The notes under the pieces are model-generated. The model was not told where the DNA came from and searched no databases. It saw only the letters and a program-made list of their open reading frames with translations. The position numbers and the translations under genes were made by a program. Of a stretch of 36,909 bases of DNA, positions 16,598 to 25,682 are shown one piece after another (positions within the stretch are counted from its first letter, which is position 1; the number at the start of each line of letters is the position of its first letter). The stretch is from the NCBI GenBank assembly GCA_947085305.1, contig CAMTVV010000132.1:1-36909 (forward strand), read 5' to 3'. Source of the stretch: an uncultured Nitrospiraceae bacterium (GTDB taxonomy: Bacteria; Nitrospirota; Thermodesulfovibrionia; Thermodesulfovibrionales; UBA9159).

Positions 16598-17110
16598 CTA
16601 TCTCCTCAGCTTTTTCTTTGCCAGCACTATCGCCCCTATGATCGCCACGAGCAGCACGATTGACACCACCTCAAAGGGGTAAAGATATTCCGTGAAGAGA
16701 ACCTTTCCCAGCGCCTTTGTGTTCGTCTCTGCCTTAATCACTTCATTGGTGAAGGGGCCCTTCTGCCCGGCAACAAAGGAATCCAGGGAAACAATAATGG
16801 CCAGAAATAACCCCGCCGCTGCCATGAGTCCCAGAGGCCACGGTCCCACATATCTCCTCGCTACCGCCTCCTCCCTCAGGTTAAGGAGAAGGATGACGAA
16901 GAGAAAGAGGACAAGGATGGCGCCTGCATACACGATGACCTGGACAGCGGCAAGGAATTCCGCGTTCAATGTCACATACAGGCCCGCGATATGAAAAAAG
17001 AGAAGCAGCATGGCGATCACGCTGTGCACCGGGTTCCTCCTGGTAATCACAAGGATCGACAGGATCGTGATCGCCGCGGCAAGATAGATGAATATTCCTT
17101 CAGCGAGCAT
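16598..17110 (-). CDS. nuoJ: NADH-quinone oxidoreductase subunit J
   Basis: NuoJ-like TM protein. The start is taken at MLAEGIFIY, with GGGGGA 7 nt upstream. The longer ORF to 17233 runs inside nuoI. Confidence 0.88.
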   Translation of the reverse strand: MLAEGIFIYLAAAITILSILVITRRNPVHSVIAMLLLFFHIAGLYVTLNAEFLAAVQVIVYAGAILVLFLFVILLLNLREEAVARRYVGPWPLGLMAAAGLFLAIIVSLDSFVAGQKGPFTNEVIKAETNTKALGKVLFTEYLYPFEVVSIVLLVAIIGAIVLAKKKLRR

Positions 17111-17654
17111 TCTGTTTCCCCCTGAAAACCGCCTGGTTCCTGGGAAAACCGAAGTCATCGGCCGTAGGGTGCCAGAACTTCTTGAAGTACTCCATATTCT
17201 TATCCCACCCCATATAGTTGTCCCAGTTGGCAAGCAGCTTCTCCTTGGTCATGTAGAACGCCTCCCTGGAATAATCCGAATATTCATAGTGTTCGGTGAG
17301 GACGACCGCAGCATACGGGCAGGCCTCCACACAAAGTCCGCAGAAAACACACCTGAGCGCTTCTATTTCATACCGTTCCACGATCTTTTTGTGGTCGAGA
17401 CTGTCCGCAGTGTAAATATAAATACATTTTGAGGGGCATATGGCCGCGCAGAGGCCGCATCCCACGCATCGCGCCTCTCCGGTCTGCTGATCCCTCACAA
17501 GACCGTGGAGCCCCCTGAATCCGGGCATCGCAGGCCTTTTCTCCTTTGGATACTGCCGCGTCACAGGGCGGGTGAACATGGTTTTCAGAGTCAGGGCCAT
17601 GCCCTGGGCGATCTCTGTGAGGAACACCGTTTTTACAAGATTCTTCAATGTCAT
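17100..17654 (-). CDS. nuoI: NADH-quinone oxidoreductase subunit I (2x[4Fe-4S])
   Basis: Two motifs: CVGCGLCAAICP and CVFCGLCVEACP. It has a 4-nt overlap with nuoH. Confidence 0.93.
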   Translation of the reverse strand: MTLKNLVKTVFLTEIAQGMALTLKTMFTRPVTRQYPKEKRPAMPGFRGLHGLVRDQQTGEARCVGCGLCAAICPSKCIYIYTADSLDHKKIVERYEIEALRCVFCGLCVEACPYAAVVLTEHYEYSDYSREAFYMTKEKLLANWDNYMGWDKNMEYFKKFWHPTADDFGFPRNQAVFRGKQNAR

Positions 17655-18649
17655 GGCAACACCTTCGTAATCTTCAAGATTCCGGTAAGCACTATGTTAA
17701 ACAATGCGAGGGGGATCAGCACCTTCCATCCCAGGCTCATGAGATGGTCATAGCGGTATCTCGGCAGCGTGGCTCTTACCCAGTAATAGATGAAAATGAG
17801 GACATAGAGCTTTAAGAAAAACCAGGCAAAGGGCACATAGGGTATCGTAAACGGACCGTTCCATCCGCCGAGGAAGCATACGGTCCCGATGGAGGCCATG
17901 ATAATCATTCCGGTGTACTCTGCAACAAAGAAGAGTCCATACCTCATTCCGCTATACTCCACAAAGTACCCCGCCACCAGCTCGCTCTCGGCCTCGGGCA
18001 GGTCAAAGGGCGCCCTGTTGGTTTCTGCGATGGCGGCAATAACAAAGACCGAACAGCCGATAATCTGAGGAATCAGAAACATGCCGAAGGGATATCGTTC
18101 CTGCGCCCGGACGATATCAGAGAGATTCAGCGAACCCGCAAGCATCATCACTCCCACGAGGCTGAGTCCCAGGGCGATTTCATAGCTTATCACCTGAGCG
18201 GCAGACCGCAAGCCGCCGAGGAAAGAATATTTTGAGTTCGACGCCCATCCCGCCAGGATGATTCCGTAGGAACCGAGGGCTGACATGGCAAGGACAAAGA
18301 GCAATCCCACGTTTATATCGGCAATGGCGAATCCGTCAAAGAAGGGGATTACTGCAAGGGATGAAAGGGCCCCCACAAGAGAAATCACGGGAGCAACAAA
18401 GAATACCGGTTTATCAGACTGGGCAGGGATGATGTCTTCCTTGAAGAACAACTTGATGCCGTCTGCAATGGGCTGGAGAAGCCCGTGGGGTCCGACATTC
18501 ATGGGGCCGAGCCTCACCTGCATATGCCCTATGGTTTTCCTTTCAAAGTAAGTCGCATAGGCAACGTGCAGCATCACCGCTCCAAACACGATGAGTATCT
18601 TCGCCAGTATAATTGCAAGGTATAAAAGGGTATCTATTACGCCCGGCAT
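17651..18649 (-). CDS. nuoH: NADH-quinone oxidoreductase subunit H
   Basis: NuoH/ND1 blocks (ERKxxGHMQxRxGP, AETNRAPFDLPEAESELVAG). Confidence 0.93.
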   Translation of the reverse strand: MPGVIDTLLYLAIILAKILIVFGAVMLHVAYATYFERKTIGHMQVRLGPMNVGPHGLLQPIADGIKLFFKEDIIPAQSDKPVFFVAPVISLVGALSSLAVIPFFDGFAIADINVGLLFVLAMSALGSYGIILAGWASNSKYSFLGGLRSAAQVISYEIALGLSLVGVMMLAGSLNLSDIVRAQERYPFGMFLIPQIIGCSVFVIAAIAETNRAPFDLPEAESELVAGYFVEYSGMRYGLFFVAEYTGMIIMASIGTVCFLGGWNGPFTIPYVPFAWFFLKLYVLIFIYYWVRATLPRYRYDHLMSLGWKVLIPLALFNIVLTGILKITKVLP

Positions 18650-18754
18650 GCTAACCTCTCAGCCTCGTCTGCTTCGCCGTTAATAAAACAAGAGCGGCAA
18701 CCGTTTTGTCAAGTGCGCGAGAACAATCCCGGACCCTCGCTCTCCGGTTCCGTA

Positions 18755-19210
18755 TCATCTGCTCTTCCTGAACATAAGGTGCATAAGGTCTATGTACTGA
18801 CTGTTCATATTTCTGACAATGGACGCCAGATGTATGGCAAGCCGCCGTAATATCTTGCCCGCGACAAGCGGATTGGACATGAGGAGCCCGTCAAAGTCCG
18901 CTTTCCTCAACACCGTCAACCGCGTCTGCTGGTCGGAAACAATAGTCGCATCATGAGCGCTGCCGTCAAGAAAGGACATTATCCCGAATATATCCCCCTC
19001 CTTCAGGGTTGCTATGCAGAACTGATCGCCTTCCACCATCATCTTGTTTATCTTCACTTTCCCCTTCCCGATGATATTCAGGCTGTCGCCCCTTTCTCCC
19101 TCTTTGTAAATAATCTCATTCGGCTCATAATCCCTGGACTGCAATAGATCATGGATGATGTCCATCTCCGAGCCGTCAAGCTCCCGGAAAATGTGACTTT
19201 CCCCGGTCAC
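18755..19210 (-). CDS. Stand-alone cyclic-nucleotide-binding (CNB/CAP-effector) fold protein, no DNA-binding domain
   Basis: CNB beta-barrel pattern (YEPNEIIYKEGERGDSLNIIGKGKVKI ... LKEGDIFGIMSFLDGSAHDATIVS). The start is uncertain. GTG at 19210 has GAGGA 7 nt upstream. Alternatives are GTG 19249 or ATG 19345, both overlapping nuoD. Confidence 0.7.
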   Translation of the reverse strand: MTGESHIFRELDGSEMDIIHDLLQSRDYEPNEIIYKEGERGDSLNIIGKGKVKINKMMVEGDQFCIATLKEGDIFGIMSFLDGSAHDATIVSDQQTRLTVLRKADFDGLLMSNPLVAGKILRRLAIHLASIVRNMNSQYIDLMHLMFRKSR

Positions 19211-19238
19211 ACCCGCATCCTCACTCTTATTTCCCGGT

Positions 19239-20441
19239 TTATCTGTCACACTCGCCAAGCACAATGTCGACAGTCCCGATGTTTGCGATGACATCAGCGA
19301 TAAGGGAGCCCTCGCACAGCCTCGGTATGACCGACGCATGGACAAATGATGGCGCCCTCACCCTCATCCGGTAAGGTCTGCCTGTTCCGTCGCTCACAAA
19401 ATAAAACCCCAGCTCGCCCTTCGGCGCTTCCACTGCCGAATATATCTCGCCCTCCGGAGCAGCCATGGGACCCTTGGTAATAAGGACAAAGTGATGGATC
19501 ATGGCTTCCATGCTGCTGAGTACCGTGTTCTTGGGTGGGAGGGTTAGTTTCGGCGCGTCAGGGGCCATGACAGGGCCCGCAGGAAGCCGCTCGATACACT
19601 GCCGTATAATCCTGTTGGACTGCCTGAATTCCTCCATCCTGCAACGATACCGGTCGTACACATCCCCGGCCTTCCCCAAAGGAACGTCGAATTCCACTTT
19701 ATCATATGCGTCATAGGGGGCATGCTTCCTCACATCATACGCTACGCCCGAACCCCTCAGGGTAGGACCCGTGAGTCCCCAGTTCACTGCCTCGTCTGCT
19801 TCAATCACGCCGATGCCCTTTGTCCTCTTGAGCCATATCCGGTTCTGGTCTATGAGCGTCTCATACTCCTCAACCCTCCCCGGGAATTCGTCGGTGAATT
19901 TATAGAGGCTGTCGATGAATTCCTGTGACACGTCGTTCCTGACCCCTCCGATCCTTGCATAACTTGTGGTAAGTCTCGCCCCGCAGAGCATCTCAAAGAG
20001 ATCCAGAAGCCATTCCCTCTCCCTGAAGGAGTAAAGAAACACGGTCATTGCCCCGATGTCCAGGGCATGGGTGCCGAGCCACAGGATATGGCTGCTTATC
20101 CTCGACATCTCCGAAACCATGGTCCTGATATACTTTGCCCTTTCAGGAGCCTCTATTCCGAACAGCCGCTCCACCGCGAGACAGTACCCCTGGTTGTTCA
20201 CCATAGCGGAGATATAGTCAAGCCTGTCGGTGAGGGGAAGGGCGGTGAGGTATGTCCTGTTTTCTCCGAGCTTTTCAACGCCCCGGTGAAGATACCCTAT
20301 ATGGGGAGTGCACTTCACCACGGTTTCGCCGTCCAGTGCAAGGACAAGCCTGAGCACCCCGTGGGTCGCCGGATGCTGCGGCCCCATATTTATGGTCAGC
20401 TCTTTCGTCTGTAATTCAGCGGCGCCCTTATCCGTTATCAT
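19239..20441 (-). CDS. nuoD: NADH-quinone oxidoreductase subunit D
   Basis: NuoD signature ([26 protein letters not shown]-terminal DIVLGECDR). No NiFe-hydrogenase CxxC pairs. Confidence 0.95.
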   Translation of the reverse strand: MITDKGAAELQTKELTINMGPQHPATHGVLRLVLALDGETVVKCTPHIGYLHRGVEKLGENRTYLTALPLTDRLDYISAMVNNQGYCLAVERLFGIEAPERAKYIRTMVSEMSRISSHILWLGTHALDIGAMTVFLYSFREREWLLDLFEMLCGARLTTSYARIGGVRNDVSQEFIDSLYKFTDEFPGRVEEYETLIDQNRIWLKRTKGIGVIEADEAVNWGLTGPTLRGSGVAYDVRKHAPYDAYDKVEFDVPLGKAGDVYDRYRCRMEEFRQSNRIIRQCIERLPAGPVMAPDAPKLTLPPKNTVLSSMEAMIHHFVLITKGPMAAPEGEIYSAVEAPKGELGFYFVSDGTGRPYRMRVRAPSFVHASVIPRLCEGSLIADVIANIGTVDIVLGECDR

Positions 20442-20986
20442 CTTATTTCATACGCCTTGTTTCTCTCCGACAGCTCAAGGATTTCCTTCAGCCCGGGCCA
20501 TTCCTTCTCACCGAGATCACTCTCCAGCGGATAGTCTTTTCTCAGGGGATACCCTTCCCAGTCCTCGGGCATCAATATCCGCAGGAGATCAGGGTGTCCC
20601 TTGAACCGTATCCCGAACATGTCGTAGCACTCCCGTTCATGCCAGTTCGCTCCATCCCAGATGCTCACCACGCTGTCGATCTCGGGGTCATCCTCAGGGA
20701 CTTCAGCCCTGATCCTTATCGTATGCCTGTGGCTGATGGAATAAAGCTGATACACCACCTCGAACCTCGGCTCCTTCTTTCCGAGGTAATCGACACCGCA
20801 AAGGTCTCTCAGATAGCTGAAACAGAGCTCGGGGGTGTCGTGCAGGTATTCCATTATCTCCTTCAGCCTGTCTTTTTGTATAACTACGGATACCTGCCCG
20901 CGGAATTCCCTTATCTCTTTCACTTCAGAGGGAAAACGTTCCCGCATTCCCTCTGCGATCGTCTGTGATATCAATGTCGGTTCCAT
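20438..20986 (-). CDS. nuoC: NADH-quinone oxidoreductase subunit C
   Basis: NuoC motif ([24 protein letters not shown]). ATGA overlap with nuoD. Confidence 0.92.
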   Translation of the reverse strand: MEPTLISQTIAEGMRERFPSEVKEIREFRGQVSVVIQKDRLKEIMEYLHDTPELCFSYLRDLCGVDYLGKKEPRFEVVYQLYSISHRHTIRIRAEVPEDDPEIDSVVSIWDGANWHERECYDMFGIRFKGHPDLLRILMPEDWEGYPLRKDYPLESDLGEKEWPGLKEILELSERNKAYEIR

Positions 20987-20996
20987 CTCTTCTCCA

Positions 20997-21060
20997 TTTA
21001 TGATTTCAGATTTATGACTGCTGATTTAAAAATCTGAAATCTGAAATCTACAATCATAAA
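20997..21060. repeat. Long imperfect hairpin built from ATCTGAA/TTCAGAT heptads, filling the nuoB-nuoC spacer
   Basis: The arms at 20997-21027 and 21030-21060 are largely complementary: TTTATGATT...AGATTT pairs with AAATCT...AATCATAAA. It abuts the nuoC RBS. Confidence 0.6.
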
Positions 21061-21067
21061 TCCCTTA

Positions 21068-21589
21068 CTATCTCCACATGCTCCACTTGAAATGCTCTTT
21101 TTTTATCTTCTCCTGAAGCTTGATGATCCCTTCCATAAGGGCTTCAGGCCTTGGCGGACAGCCGGGAATGTACACGTCCACGGGAAGAAAGGTATCAACG
21201 CCCTGGACCGTGCTGTAGGTATTATAGATCCCTCCCGAACATGCGCAGCTTCCCATGGCCATCACATATCTCGGCTCGGGCATCTGGTCGTAGACCCTCC
21301 GTATGACCGGAACCATCTTCTTCGACACCGTGCCGGCGATGATCACCACGTCCGACTGTCTCGGCGAGCCCCTGAAGATAATCCCGAACCGGTCAAGGTC
21401 ATAGTGCGCCGAGCCTGTAGTCATCATTTCTATGGCGCAGCATGCCAGACCAAAGGCCATGGGCCAGAGGGAAGAAACCCTCCCCCAGTTCACGAGCTTG
21501 TCAATGCTCGTGATGATAGTGTTGGCTCCGGGGATTATCTTTACCCTTTCTTCCACTTCGACAAGCGCGGTTGTGCTCTCTTTTATCAT
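21068..21589 (-). CDS. nuoB: NADH-quinone oxidoreductase subunit B
   Basis: N2-cluster motifs ([26 protein letters not shown]). The start is set at MIKEST (GAGGG upstream). The ORF's first ATG at 21616 lies inside a heptad repeat array. Confidence 0.9.
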   Translation of the reverse strand: MIKESTTALVEVEERVKIIPGANTIITSIDKLVNWGRVSSLWPMAFGLACCAIEMMTTGSAHYDLDRFGIIFRGSPRQSDVVIIAGTVSKKMVPVIRRVYDQMPEPRYVMAMGSCACSGGIYNTYSTVQGVDTFLPVDVYIPGCPPRPEALMEGIIKLQEKIKKEHFKWSMWR

Positions 21590-21610
21590 AATGCCCTCGC
21601 TTTCGCTATA

Positions 21611-21675
21611 GCTCATTGCTCATAGCTGATAGCTCATAGTTTCTTGCCATGAGCGATGAACCATGAACTATGAGC
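21611..21675. repeat. Inverted arrays of GCTCATA-type heptads (4 direct, 8-nt spacer, 4 inverted) in the nuoA-nuoB spacer
   Basis: GCTCATT GCTCATA GCTGATA GCTCATA ... CATGAGC GATGAAC CATGAAC TATGAGC. 21 of 28 arm positions are complementary. Confidence 0.7.
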
Positions 21676-21679
21676 TTTC

Positions 21680-22051
21680 TTAGTCCCACCGGAATGCTTC
21701 CTTTTTCCATGCGTACACATAGCCCACCACAAGAATGGCGATAAAGAGCATCATTGACACAAATGCATAGAGTCCGATCTCATCGAATACAATCGCCCAG
21801 GGATACAGGAATACCGCCTCAACGTCAAATATCACAAAGAGCATGGCGACGATATAAAACCTTACGGAAAAACGGTATCGCGGCTCTCCCACGGGGGGAT
21901 TTCCGGACTCGTAGGGAAGGAGTTTTTCCCGGTATGGTCTCCTCAGCCTGAGGACAATGCCCACTGCAAGCGTGCCGAGACCAAACGCCAGCACAACCAC
22001 CATAAAGATGACTATCGGCAAATACTCTTCTGGTAAGAATGCAGTCGGCAT
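21680..22051 (-). CDS. nuoA: NADH-quinone oxidoreductase subunit A
   Basis: NuoA pattern (YESG..P.G, FSVRFYIVAMLFVIFDVEAVFLYPWA). The start is taken at MPTAFLPEEY. The upstream extension to 22165 has no homology and crosses the divergent promoter region. Confidence 0.9.
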   Translation of the reverse strand: MPTAFLPEEYLPIVIFMVVVLAFGLGTLAVGIVLRLRRPYREKLLPYESGNPPVGEPRYRFSVRFYIVAMLFVIFDVEAVFLYPWAIVFDEIGLYAFVSMMLFIAILVVGYVYAWKKEAFRWD

Positions 22052-22149
22052 AAAACGAACTATTTTATACCTAAAATCATAATGAGAGTCAAGCAAAAAA
22101 TCTAATCCTGCAATTTTAGGCACCCAGGCCGATATTTTTTTTAGATTTT

Positions 22150-22158
22150 TGATAAAAT
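22150..22158 (+). promoter_or_regulatory. Extended -10 element (TGATAAAAT) positioned for a leaderless histidine-kinase mRNA
   Basis: TGnTAAAAT ends 6 nt before the ATG at 22165. There is no Shine-Dalgarno. It lies in the AT-rich 113-bp divergent region shared with nuoA. Confidence 0.3.
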
Positions 22159-22164
22159 TGTGCA

Positions 22165-23769
22165 ATGGCCAGAAAATCTTTGAACTCCCTTGCCGGCAAG
22201 CTCATCATCGCAGTGGGCGCCCTCATAACCTTCGGCAGTCTCCTCTTCGGCTTCACCTTCATGCGCTATGAGGAGCGTATCATGATGAACAACCTGATAA
22301 GTTATGCCGCCTCCACGGCAGACCTTGTGAAAAGAGGGATCTATTACTCCATGATGACCGCCCATCGTGAGGCCATTGAGCAGACCGTGGAGGTCATCGG
22401 ATCCGGAGCCGACATCAAGGACATTTCGATCTTGGACAAACGAGGCAAGATTGTGTACTCTTCACAGAAATCCGAGATGGGCCGCTCCGTTGACAAAGGC
22501 GCACCAATCTGCCAGACCTGCCACAAAGACAACGGGGCGCCCCTTGCGGCCCCGGAACCAAGAAACTGGGCCATCGTATCTGATGCATCTGGAACAAAAA
22601 CCCTCAAGTTCGTCATCCCGATCTACAACGAGCCTTCGTGTTATACCGCATCCTGCCACTATCATCCAAAGGAAAAAAATATCCTCGGGATCCTCGAAAC
22701 GGATTTCAGCACCGCGACGGTCGATACCGTCATACGTAAGCACCGTATCGGCACCATCGCGTTCGGCGGCCTCTTTATTATCATGATATCCTTCTCCCTC
22801 TTCATCATCCTCTACAAGTTTGTCTCGAAGCCGGTTTCTCTGCTGGATGAGGGGATGCAGAAACTGGCGAAGGGGGAGCTGGATCACGTCATCGAGATCC
22901 ATTCCCGGGACGAAATGGGACTTCTTGCCGACACCTTCAATGCCATGGCCGGCGATATCAGGCGGTATAAAGACAATATGGAGAACTGGACCAAGGCGCT
23001 GGAAGAGGAGATCCAGAAAAAGACCTCGGAGATCATGAAGGCTCATGACCAGATCATCAATGCAGAGAAGCTCGCTTCCCTGGGCAGGATGGCTGCGGGA
23101 GTTGCCCACGAATTGAACAGCCCCCTTACAGGAATCGTCACCTTTTCCCACCTCATGCTGAAGCGGATGCCTCCTGAGAACAAACAGGATATCGAGGACC
23201 TGGAGGTGATCATAGAACAGACGGAGCGGTGTTCCAAAATCATCAAGGGCCTCCTCGGGTTCTCCCGCAAAACCTCTGCGGAAAAGGTCTTTGTAAACAT
23301 CAACACATTGACGGAGAACACCATCTCCATGGTGAGAAACCAGGCAAAGTTTCATAATATTAAATTCGCGCTGAATTTTGACAATTCCCTCCCCCAGATA
23401 TCCATCGACCCCAACCAGCTGCAGCAGGTCTTTATCAACCTTCTCATCAATGCAGCCGATGCCATGAACGAAAGGGGGCAGGTTACTGTCGCGACCCGGG
23501 TAAGCCTTGACACGGCAAGCGGAAGAAAATTTGTGGAGATTGAGTTCACCGATACGGGACCGGGCATCCCTGAAGAGCACCTCGGCAGGGTGTTTGAACC
23601 GTTTTTTACCACGAAGCCGGTGGGCAAAGGAACAGGGCTGGGGCTTGCGGTGAGTTACGGAATAATCAAGAAACACGGCGGAAATATTTTTGTCAGGAGC
23701 GAACTGGGCAGGGGCGCGAGTTTCTTCGTGAGACTGCCGGCGGAAAACACTGTGGTTGCAGAGTCTTAG
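22165..23769 (+). CDS. Sensor histidine kinase: TM, about 160-aa extracytoplasmic domain with CxxCH and Cx4CH, TM, HAMP, HisKA, HATPase_c
   Basis: TM1 spans residues 9-33 and TM2 about 195-217. HAMP is present. H-box AAGVAHELNSPLTGI, N-box NLLINAADAM, G1 DTGPGI, G2 GTGLGL. Cys motifs ICQTCH (22510-22524) and SCYTASCHYH (22639-22659). Confidence 0.9.
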   Translation: MARKSLNSLAGKLIIAVGALITFGSLLFGFTFMRYEERIMMNNLISYAASTADLVKRGIYYSMMTAHREAIEQTVEVIGSGADIKDISILDKRGKIVYSSQKSEMGRSVDKGAPICQTCHKDNGAPLAAPEPRNWAIVSDASGTKTLKFVIPIYNEPSCYTASCHYHPKEKNILGILETDFSTATVDTVIRKHRIGTIAFGGLFIIMISFSLFIILYKFVSKPVSLLDEGMQKLAKGELDHVIEIHSRDEMGLLADTFNAMAGDIRRYKDNMENWTKALEEEIQKKTSEIMKAHDQIINAEKLASLGRMAAGVAHELNSPLTGIVTFSHLMLKRMPPENKQDIEDLEVIIEQTERCSKIIKGLLGFSRKTSAEKVFVNINTLTENTISMVRNQAKFHNIKFALNFDNSLPQISIDPNQLQQVFINLLINAADAMNERGQVTVATRVSLDTASGRKFVEIEFTDTGPGIPEEHLGRVFEPFFTTKPVGKGTGLGLAVSYGIIKKHGGNIFVRSELGRGASFFVRLPAENTVVAES

Positions 23770-23806
23770 ACCATGTATGTCAATAAAAGGGAAAGAAGGT
23801 GAAGAC

Positions 23807-24166
23807 ATGACCCTCGGAAAAGTGATAGAGGTGCTGGAGGGAGAGGTGGCGCTGAACACAGGGGACATGGAGATCGAAATCCTCTCTGTCTGCAGCTCTG
23901 ACCTTATGAGCGATCTTCTGCATTTTTCGAGCAAGCCCAGGTCGCTGCTTATTACCGGGCTGAACAACACCCAGGTGGTGCGAACGGCAGAGATCGCCGA
24001 CATCAAGGCAGTGGTCTTTGTCCTTGACAAGAGGCCTGACCGGGAGACCGTGGAGATGGCCCGGCAGAAAGGCATCACCCTGATCGTCACAAGACTCTCG
24101 CGGTTCACCGCCTGCGGGAGGTTATACGCTGAGGGCCTTGTAAGCTGCACAGGGGAAAACCGGTAA
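23807..24166 (+). CDS. DRTGG domain protein
   Basis: DRTGG-type pattern (DLMSDLL...SLLITGLNNTQVVRTAEIADIKAVVFV). The start is at MTLGKV after GAAGGTGA. It has a TAATG overlap with the next gene. Confidence 0.8.
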   Translation: MTLGKVIEVLEGEVALNTGDMEIEILSVCSSDLMSDLLHFSSKPRSLLITGLNNTQVVRTAEIADIKAVVFVLDKRPDRETVEMARQKGITLIVTRLSRFTACGRLYAEGLVSCTGENR

Positions 24167-24609
24167 TGGCTGATAAGAACATAGAGGGGAGTTTTCATCT
24201 CACCGGCGGAGATTTTACCAATGCAGGCGCAGCCTCCAGTGAGCTGAAATCAATCATGACCAAGCTCAACATCAGCCCTCATCTTGTGAGGAGGGCTGCC
24301 ATCGCAACCTTTGAGGCGGAGATGAACGTGATCATTCATGCCGTTGCCGGGGTGATGTACTACCTGATTACCCCGGACTCCATCAAGGTCGTTCTCAACG
24401 ACATGGGCCCCGGCATCCCTGATATTCAACAGGCGATGCGTGAAGGGTACTCCACAGCGCCGGACTGGATTCGGGAGATGGGATGGGGCGCGGGGATGGG
24501 ACTGCCGAACATGAAAAAAAACTCCGATGAGTTCAGGATAGATTCGGTTGTCGGTGAGGGAACAACCGTCGAGATAATCATAAAGATCAAGGAGGACAAA
24601 ACACCGTGA
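24166..24609 (+). CDS. RsbW/SpoIIAB-like Ser/Thr protein kinase (GHKL ATPase, anti-sigma regulatory factor family)
   Basis: N-box EAEMNVIIHA, G1 DMGPGIPD, G2 GAGMGLPN, about 147 aa, no HisKA domain. Confidence 0.8.
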   Translation: MADKNIEGSFHLTGGDFTNAGAASSELKSIMTKLNISPHLVRRAAIATFEAEMNVIIHAVAGVMYYLITPDSIKVVLNDMGPGIPDIQQAMREGYSTAPDWIREMGWGAGMGLPNMKKNSDEFRIDSVVGEGTTVEIIIKIKEDKTP

Positions 24610-24941
24610 ATATTCGAGAGGTTATGGACTTGTTAGCATCGGACGTAAAAACGACAAAAGGGGATCTCGGGCGTGCCGTCACCGGGTGCTATATCAGCGA
24701 CCTTCTCTCGGACGTCATAGCGAATGCCAAAGATGGAGAGGTGTGGATTACCCTCCAGACACATCCCAACATCGTTGCAGTGGCTTCCCTTAAGAATCTT
24801 GCCGGCATCATCATAACAAATAAAAGGACTCCCGAGGAGGAGACCCTGAAAAAGGCGGAGGACGAACATATCACTGTTGCGGTAAGCCCGCTGACCACCT
24901 TTGAGGCTGGAGGTTTGCTTTATAAGCTGCTCCGATGCTGA
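24606..24941 (+). CDS. DRTGG domain protein (second copy)
   Basis: GTG start overlapping the preceding stop (GTGA). DLLSDVI...VWITLQTHPNIVAVASLKNLAGIIIT pattern. Confidence 0.75.
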   Translation: MNIREVMDLLASDVKTTKGDLGRAVTGCYISDLLSDVIANAKDGEVWITLQTHPNIVAVASLKNLAGIIITNKRTPEEETLKKAEDEHITVAVSPLTTFEAGGLLYKLLRC

Positions 24942-25678
24942 GACCCTTCCTTGCCGACCTGCATATGCACACGTGCCTTTCTCCTTGCGCTGAAATCGAC
25001 ATGACCCCCAGGGAGATCGTGACCGCATCTCTGGAAAGGAGACTGAACCTCATCGCCATAACAGACCATAACTCCGCAGAGAACGTTGAGGCCGCACAGA
25101 AGGCGGCGGAAGGGACAGGTCTTGTAGTCCTGGCGGGGATGGAGGTCGCCTCCTCCGAGGAAGTGCATATCCTCGCGCTCTTTGAGAGCCCTGATGATGC
25201 AAAGGCATTACAGGACATTGTCCAGGAGAACCTGCCCTCCGGAGAAAACGATGAACGATTGTACGGGCGACAGATCATTGTAAATGAGAAAAACGAAGTC
25301 ATGGGATTTAACCGGAGGCTGCTGATCGCAGCGACAAATCTTACCGCGCATACCCTCCTGGATTTCATCAAATCTCTGGGCGGCATCTCCATTGCAAGCC
25401 ATGTGGACCGTGAAGCCTTCAGTGTTGTCTCTCAGCTTGGTTTCATCCCCGAAGATCTTTGCTTTGATGCCCTCGAGCTCTCTCCGCGTATCAGCAGGAA
25501 TGAAGCGGAAACCGCCTTTCAGGGGCTGAAGAGTTTTCCCTGGGTTTCTTTTTCCGACGCCCATTACGTGAAAGACATCGGCAGAAGGATCACAACGTTT
25601 ACCATGAGGGAACCATCCCTGCACGAGATGCGTCAGGCGTTCAAGAATGTGGATGGCCGCACGCTCTCCTGGGATTGA
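24935..25678 (+). CDS. PHP (polymerase/histidinol phosphatase) domain metal-dependent phosphoesterase
   Basis: ADLHMHTCLSPCAE and AITDHNS motifs, and a later HxD/H-rich set (IASHVDRE, FSDAH). It overlaps the upstream gene by 7 nt. Confidence 0.85.
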   Translation: MLRPFLADLHMHTCLSPCAEIDMTPREIVTASLERRLNLIAITDHNSAENVEAAQKAAEGTGLVVLAGMEVASSEEVHILALFESPDDAKALQDIVQENLPSGENDERLYGRQIIVNEKNEVMGFNRRLLIAATNLTAHTLLDFIKSLGGISIASHVDREAFSVVSQLGFIPEDLCFDALELSPRISRNEAETAFQGLKSFPWVSFSDAHYVKDIGRRITTFTMREPSLHEMRQAFKNVDGRTLSWD

Positions 25679-25682
25679 CGGA

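Noticed and set aside
18650-18754. Internal promoter (TTGACA ... TTTTAT) or terminator in the spacer between the cNMP-binding-like gene and nuoH
   Set aside because: The -35-like TTGACA has no -10 hexamer at 16-18 nt spacing. The local hairpins are weak and are not followed by a T-run.
18755-19345. Longest form of the cNMP-binding-like ORF (ATG at 19345)
   Set aside because: It would overlap the last 107 nt of nuoD and adds a Ser/Arg/Cys-rich peptide with no CNB homology. An internal GTG with a GAGGA site (19210) or the GTG at 19249 is more plausible.
22462-24198. 578-aa ORF on the minus strand
   Set aside because: It lies antisense to the histidine kinase and the first DRTGG gene, which both have clear domain signatures. 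It has no recognisable motifs and an Arg/Ser/Leu-rich composition.
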